Shown in pieces: positions 59,468 to 64,000 of a stretch of 64,000 nucleotides of DNA. Source of the DNA: Ranitomeya imitator. Taxonomy: Eukaryota. The notes under the pieces were generated by a model that did no database searches, had not been told where the DNA came from, and was given only the letters and a program-made list of their open reading frames with translations. A program made the position numbers and the translations under genes. Positions within the stretch are counted from its first letter, which is position 1. Each line of letters opens with the position of its first letter. The DNA lies in assembly GCF_032444005.1 (NCBI RefSeq), contig NC_091282.1, positions 1,202,614,001 through 1,202,678,000 on the forward strand. The letters are read 5' to 3'.

Positions 59468-61242
59468 CGTGCTATGGGTTTACTCTTGCTACTCTGGATG
59501 TCTGTTGGGTTCTTTGGCTCCCGCGAAGACCCACTTTCCAGAATTCATTCAGGACTTCAGTGATGTTTTTTCAGAAACTGAGTGTGATGTTCTTCCACCA
59601 CATAGGTCATATGATTGTGCTATTCACTTCATACAGGGAGCTAAGATGCCTAAAACTCGTTTGTTTAACCTTTCTATTCTAGAGACGGATGCTTTGAAAC
59701 AATGCATTCAAAAGAGTCTTGCTAAGTGTCATATATACCTCTCCAGTCACAGTGGGGTTCTTTTTTGTTAAGAAAAAAGATGGAGGGTTGCGTTCGTGCT
59801 TAGATTTTAGAAAGATTATTAAAGATTATTAAAATCATGGTTTGCAATCCCTAGCCTTTGCCCCTTATATCTGACCTTTTTAACCAATTATCTGAAGCTA
59901 AATGATTTTCCAAACTTGACAAATGGAAGACCACATTCAATATGTATGAAGGTCATTTTGAAAATTTGTTGACGCCGTTCGAATTAACCAATGTTTTGGC
60001 TGTCTTTCAAAATTTCATGAATTACATTTTTGCCCTATCATGGGTAGATTTGTGGTAATTTATCTGGATGACATGCTGAGTTACTTTTGTACTCAGGAAG
60101 AGCATCGTGAACATGGTAGACAGTTTCTCCAGATTTTACGTCACAATCATTTATTTTCTAAAATAGAGAAATGTAAATTTGAAGTACAGCAGGTCGAGTT
60201 CTTGGGACATTTGGTTTCTGCATCAGGGTTTCGGATGGACCATGTTAGGGTGCAAGCGGTCCTTGATTGGGCACATCCAAGTAACTTGAAAGCGTTGCAG
60301 AGATTTCTTGGCTTTGTAAATTTTTGTTGTAAGTTAATTAAGAAATTTTTGGTCATAACCACGCTTTTAACTTACATGACCAAGAAGGTAACAGATTGTT
60401 CTTCTTAGTCATCTAAGGCAGCAAATTAAAATTCTGGTCTCAAGACAGCTTTCTCTAAGGCTCTTTTTCTAAGCCAACCTGAGGTCAATCTGCCTTTCAT
60501 TGTCAAGGTAGATGCTTCCGCTATTGGGAAGGAAGATGCTCTTTTACAGAAAAAAATGGGTATTTTCATACCTGTGCTTTTTTCCAGGACGTTCTCACAA
60601 ACTGAGTCTAATTATGATATAGGTGATAGAGAGCTTCTGGCAGTTAAGAGAGCCTTTGAGGAACGGGGACATTGGTTGGAGGAGGCAAGACATAAGGTGA
60701 CTGCCTCTACTGATCATAAGAACCTGTTGGATTTTGATGCTGCTAAGTACTTAAACACTTGAAAGGTTAAGCGGAACCTTTTTTTGCCTGATTCAATTTT
60801 GTTGTTACCTTTCTCCCCGGATCTAAGAATGTCAAGGCTGACACTTTGTCCCATAGCTTTGTTCTACAGTTGAGAGACAAAAATCCTGTTAAGCTTCTTA
60901 GTGAGGGGGGTGTTAGGTGGGCTCTCGGGGTAGATCTCAGGCAGCGCCTTCAAGATAATCAGGACAGTGCACCAGAAGGTTTACAATAATCAAACTTTAT
61001 GTGCTGCCATCTTTACTTGAAGATATATACTGTATTTTTTGGAGGAAAATAGGTGGTGCATCTTATAGTCCGCACGGGGAGGTGGTGGAGTGGCAGCAGC
61101 AGAGCAGTGGGTTTCAGAAGGCAGAAGCCAGCTGCTGTGGCTAACCCCTGTGTGGGGGCCATGCATACCAGGATGGGGTTGATGGGACCATGTATACCAG
61201 GATGGTGATGAAGGGGCCCTGTATACCTGGATTGGTTACATA

Positions 61243-62848
61243 CAGTGGGGCAAAAAAGTATTTAGTCAGTCAGCAATAGTGCAAGTTCCACCACTTAAAA
61301 AGATGAGAGGCGTCTGTAATTTACATCATAGGTAGACCTCAACTATGGGAGACAAACTGAGAAAAAAAAATCCAGAAAATCACATTGTCTGTTTTTTTAA
61401 CATTTTATTTGCATATTATGGTGGAAAATAAGTATTTGGTCAGAAACAAAATTTCATCTCAATACTTTGTAATATATCCTTTGTTGGCAATGACAGAGGT
61501 CAAACGTTTTCTGTAAGTCTTCACAAGGTTGCCACACACTGTTGTTGGTATGTTGGCCCATTCCTCCATGCAGATCTCCTCTAGAGCAGTGATGTTTTTG
61601 GCTTTTCGCTTGGCAACACGGACTTTCAACTCCCTCCAAAGGTTTTCTATAGGGTTGAGATCTGGAGACTGGCTATGCCACTCCAGGACCTTGAAATGCT
61701 TCTTACGAAGCCACTCCTTCGTTGCCCTGGCGGTGTGCTTTGGATCACTGTCATGTTGAAAGACCCAGCCACGTTTCATCTTCAATGCCCTTGCTGATGG
61801 AAGGAGGTTTGCACTCAAAATCTCACGATACATGGCCCCATTCATTCTTTCATGTACCCGGATCAGTCGTCCTGGCCCCTTTACAGAGAAACAGCCCCAA
61901 AGCATGATGTTTCCACCACCATGCTTTACAGTAGGTATGGTGTTTGATGGATGCAACTCAGTATTCTTTTTCCTCCAAACACGACAAGTTGTGTTTCTAC
62001 CAAACAGTTCAAGTTTGGTTTCATCAGACCATAGGACATTCTCCCAAAACTCCTCTGGATCATCCAAATGCTCTCTAGCAAACTTCAGACGGGCCCGGAC
62101 GTGTACTGGCTTAAGCAGTGGGACACGTCTGGCACTGCAGGATCTGAGTCCATGGTGGCGTAGTGTGTTACTTATGGTAGGCCTTGTTACATTGGTCCCA
62201 GCTCTCTGCAGTTCATTCACTAGGTCCCCCCGCGTGGTTCTGGGATTTTTGCTCACCGTTCTTGTAATTATTCTGACCCCACGGGGTGGGATTTTGCGTG
62301 GAGCCCCAGATCGAGGGAGATTATCAGTGGTCTTGTATGTCTTCCATTTTCTAATTATTGCTCCCACTGTTGATTTCTTCACTCCAAGCTGGTTGGCTAT
62401 TGCAGATTCAGTCTTCCCAGCCTGGTGCAGGGCTACAATTTTGTTTCTGGTGTCCTTTGACAGCTCTTTGGTCTTCACCATAGTGGAGTTTGGAGTCAGA
62501 CTGTTTTGAGGGTGTGCACAGATGTCTTTTTATACTGATAACAAGTTTAAACAGGTGTCATTACTACAGGTAATGAGTGGAGGAAAGAGGAGACTCTTAA
62601 AGAAGAAGTTACAGGTCTGTGAGAGCCAGAAATCTTGATTGTTTGTTTCTGACCAAATACTTATTTTCCACCATAATATGCAAATAAAATGTTAAAAAAA
62701 CAGTCAATGTGATTTTCTGGATTTTTTTTCTCAGTTTGTCTCCCATAGTTGAGGTCTACCTATGATGTAAATTACAGACGCCTCTCATCTTTTTAAGTGG
62801 TGGAACTTGCACTATTGCTGACTGACTAAATACTTTTTTGCCCCACTG
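61243..62848 (-). mobile_element. Tc1 transposon, full-length and young
   Basis: TA|CAGTGGGGCAAAAAAG...CCCCACTG|TA; ~210-bp TIRs differing by about one substitution plus a homopolymer length. Confidence 0.97.
61459..62481 (-). CDS. Tc1 transposase, 340 aa, intact DD34E
   Basis: [11 protein letters not shown] start, GAPRK AT-hook, [23 protein letters not shown] (34 residues between D and E) and KGYITKY*. Confidence 0.96.
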   Translation of the reverse strand: MVKTKELSKDTRNKIVALHQAGKTESAIANQLGVKKSTVGAIIRKWKTYKTTDNLPRSGAPRKIPPRGVRIITRTVSKNPRTTRGDLVNELQRAGTNVTRPTISNTLRHHGLRSCSARRVPLLKPVHVRARLKFAREHLDDPEEFWENVLWSDETKLELFGRNTTCRVWRKKNTELHPSNTIPTVKHGGGNIMLWGCFSVKGPGRLIRVHERMNGAMYREILSANLLPSARALKMKRGWVFQHDSDPKHTARATKEWLRKKHFKVLEWHSQSPDLNPIENLWRELKVRVAKRKAKNITALEEICMEEWANIPTTVCGNLVKTYRKRLTSVIANKGYITKY

Positions 62849-64000
62849 TATATATATACCAGGATGGGTGATATTAGTACAGAATTGGCCACATTTTTTG
62901 CTTCAATTTTTTTTCTATTTTCCTCCTCTAAAACCCATGTATCTCTTATGGTTCGGTATGTCTTATAGTCCGAAAAATACAGCACATGATTCTGTTTTAT
63001 CTGGGCATCCACGTTCATCTGCCACTTGAAGGTCTCTTCCTAGGTCCTTTTGATGGCAGAATGCTCATAGGGATATTAAAGAATATGTTCATAAATGCAG
63101 AGTTTGTGCCAGATCTAAAACCTCAAGTCAATCTCCAGCTGATTATCTCTTGCCTAACGATGTTCCATCGCAGCCCTGGAGTCATTTGTATGTGGACTTT
63201 GTCTTCGATTACTCTGACCATAATACAGTCGTGTGGGTGGTGGTGGACCATTTTAGCAAATGGTTCTTTTGGTATCATTTCAAAATTTGCCAGCTGCTAA
63301 GAGCTTAGCAACTTTGTTCATTTCTCATATTATTAAATTGCATGGTGTTCTCAAAAACATAACTTCTGATAGAGGAGTTCAATTTCTCTCTAGCTTTTGG
63401 GGTCGTTTCTGCTCCAGATTGTTTATTTTCCAATAATCAGGAAAAATTGCCAAGTTTGCTCTGAATAACCATACCGCTATGGCTACTGGGATGTCCCTTT
63501 TTTTCTGCTGGGGTTTTCATCCATTGTTTTTTGAACTTTTCTGGGTTACAGTCCTCTGTGCCAGAGGAGGAGAGATTGTCTTCCTCTGTTTAATTAAAGT
63601 TTGGAAAGAGGTCCAAAGGGGCCTTTTGGTTGCTTGTAACCTTCCGCAAGAGAAGGCTCCTGTCTTTTCTGTCCGGTTTTTGTGTGGTTGACCAAAAAGA
63701 ATCTATACTAAAAAGTTAGGTGTAGGAACTTAAGTTTGCCCCTAAATTTGGAGGAACTCATGAAATCATTAAATTTTAAATCCTGTGACTTGTGATAAAA
63801 ACTTGTGATAGTTGAGGGCCTTGTTAATGACCCATGATCTATAAGTTACGTCACTAGTTGGAGGTACCGAAAAGTAAAAAGAAGAGAGCAGGGAAGAATT
63901 GAGCCACAGAAAAGAGAGCCAATGGAAGATCAAGCAGGCAGCTGTATTACCAGGATAGGTGAAGGGTGAGGAGGGTATAATGTTATTTTTTTCATTTTCT

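Larger units (their letters stand above)
61030..62982. mobile_element. Tc1/mariner-pogo-like MITE inserted in the gypsy integrase region and hosting a Tc1
   Basis: TA|CTGTATTTTT...GAAAAATACAG|CA termini, subterminal TCTTATAGTCCG motifs and a GTATACCAGGATGG minisatellite. It splits the gypsy frame LLEDI / HDSVLSGHP. Confidence 0.7.
58740..63780 (+). pseudogene. Heavily degraded Ty3/gypsy pol (PR-RT-RH-IN), interrupted by nested insertions
   Basis: FADSGSAFNLID (PR), [20 protein letters not shown] and VIYLDDM (RT), VDASAIG and NYDIGDRELLAVK (RH), HDSVLSGHP and VVVDHFSK (IN), spread over many frames. Confidence 0.88.

Overview
Eukaryotic genomic DNA, inferred to be vertebrate and most likely an anuran amphibian from its repeat landscape (CR1, L2, Tc1, Ty3/gypsy, Penelope-like element, Helitron, tRNA-SINE, palindromic MITEs). 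The window has two assembly gaps and is mostly transposable elements and tandem repeats. I recognise no host protein-coding gene, rRNA, tRNA or CRISPR array. Best-preserved elements: (1) a young full-length Ty3/gypsy provirus (28929-36833; 889-bp LTRs, ATAG TSD, tRNA-Ser PBS) with one nonsense and one catalytic-site mutation in pol; (2) a Neptune-type Penelope-like element (42340-47421) with an intact RT + GIY-YIG ORF and an inverted 5' pseudo-LTR, inserted into a 52-bp satellite; (3) a Tc1 transposon with an intact DD34E transposase (61243-62848); (4) a CR1 whose ORF2 carries one premature stop; (5) an L2 LINE and a non-autonomous Helitron. The most interesting observation is a U_UUU_UUG slippery site in the overlap of the Penelope-like element's upstream ORF and RT ORF, suggesting a programmed -1 frameshift. 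Unique AT-rich stretches dense in TAAT motifs between the repeats may be conserved enhancers. All calls were made by eye. Exact coordinates are given where termini or TSDs are visible; boundaries of degraded elements are approximate.
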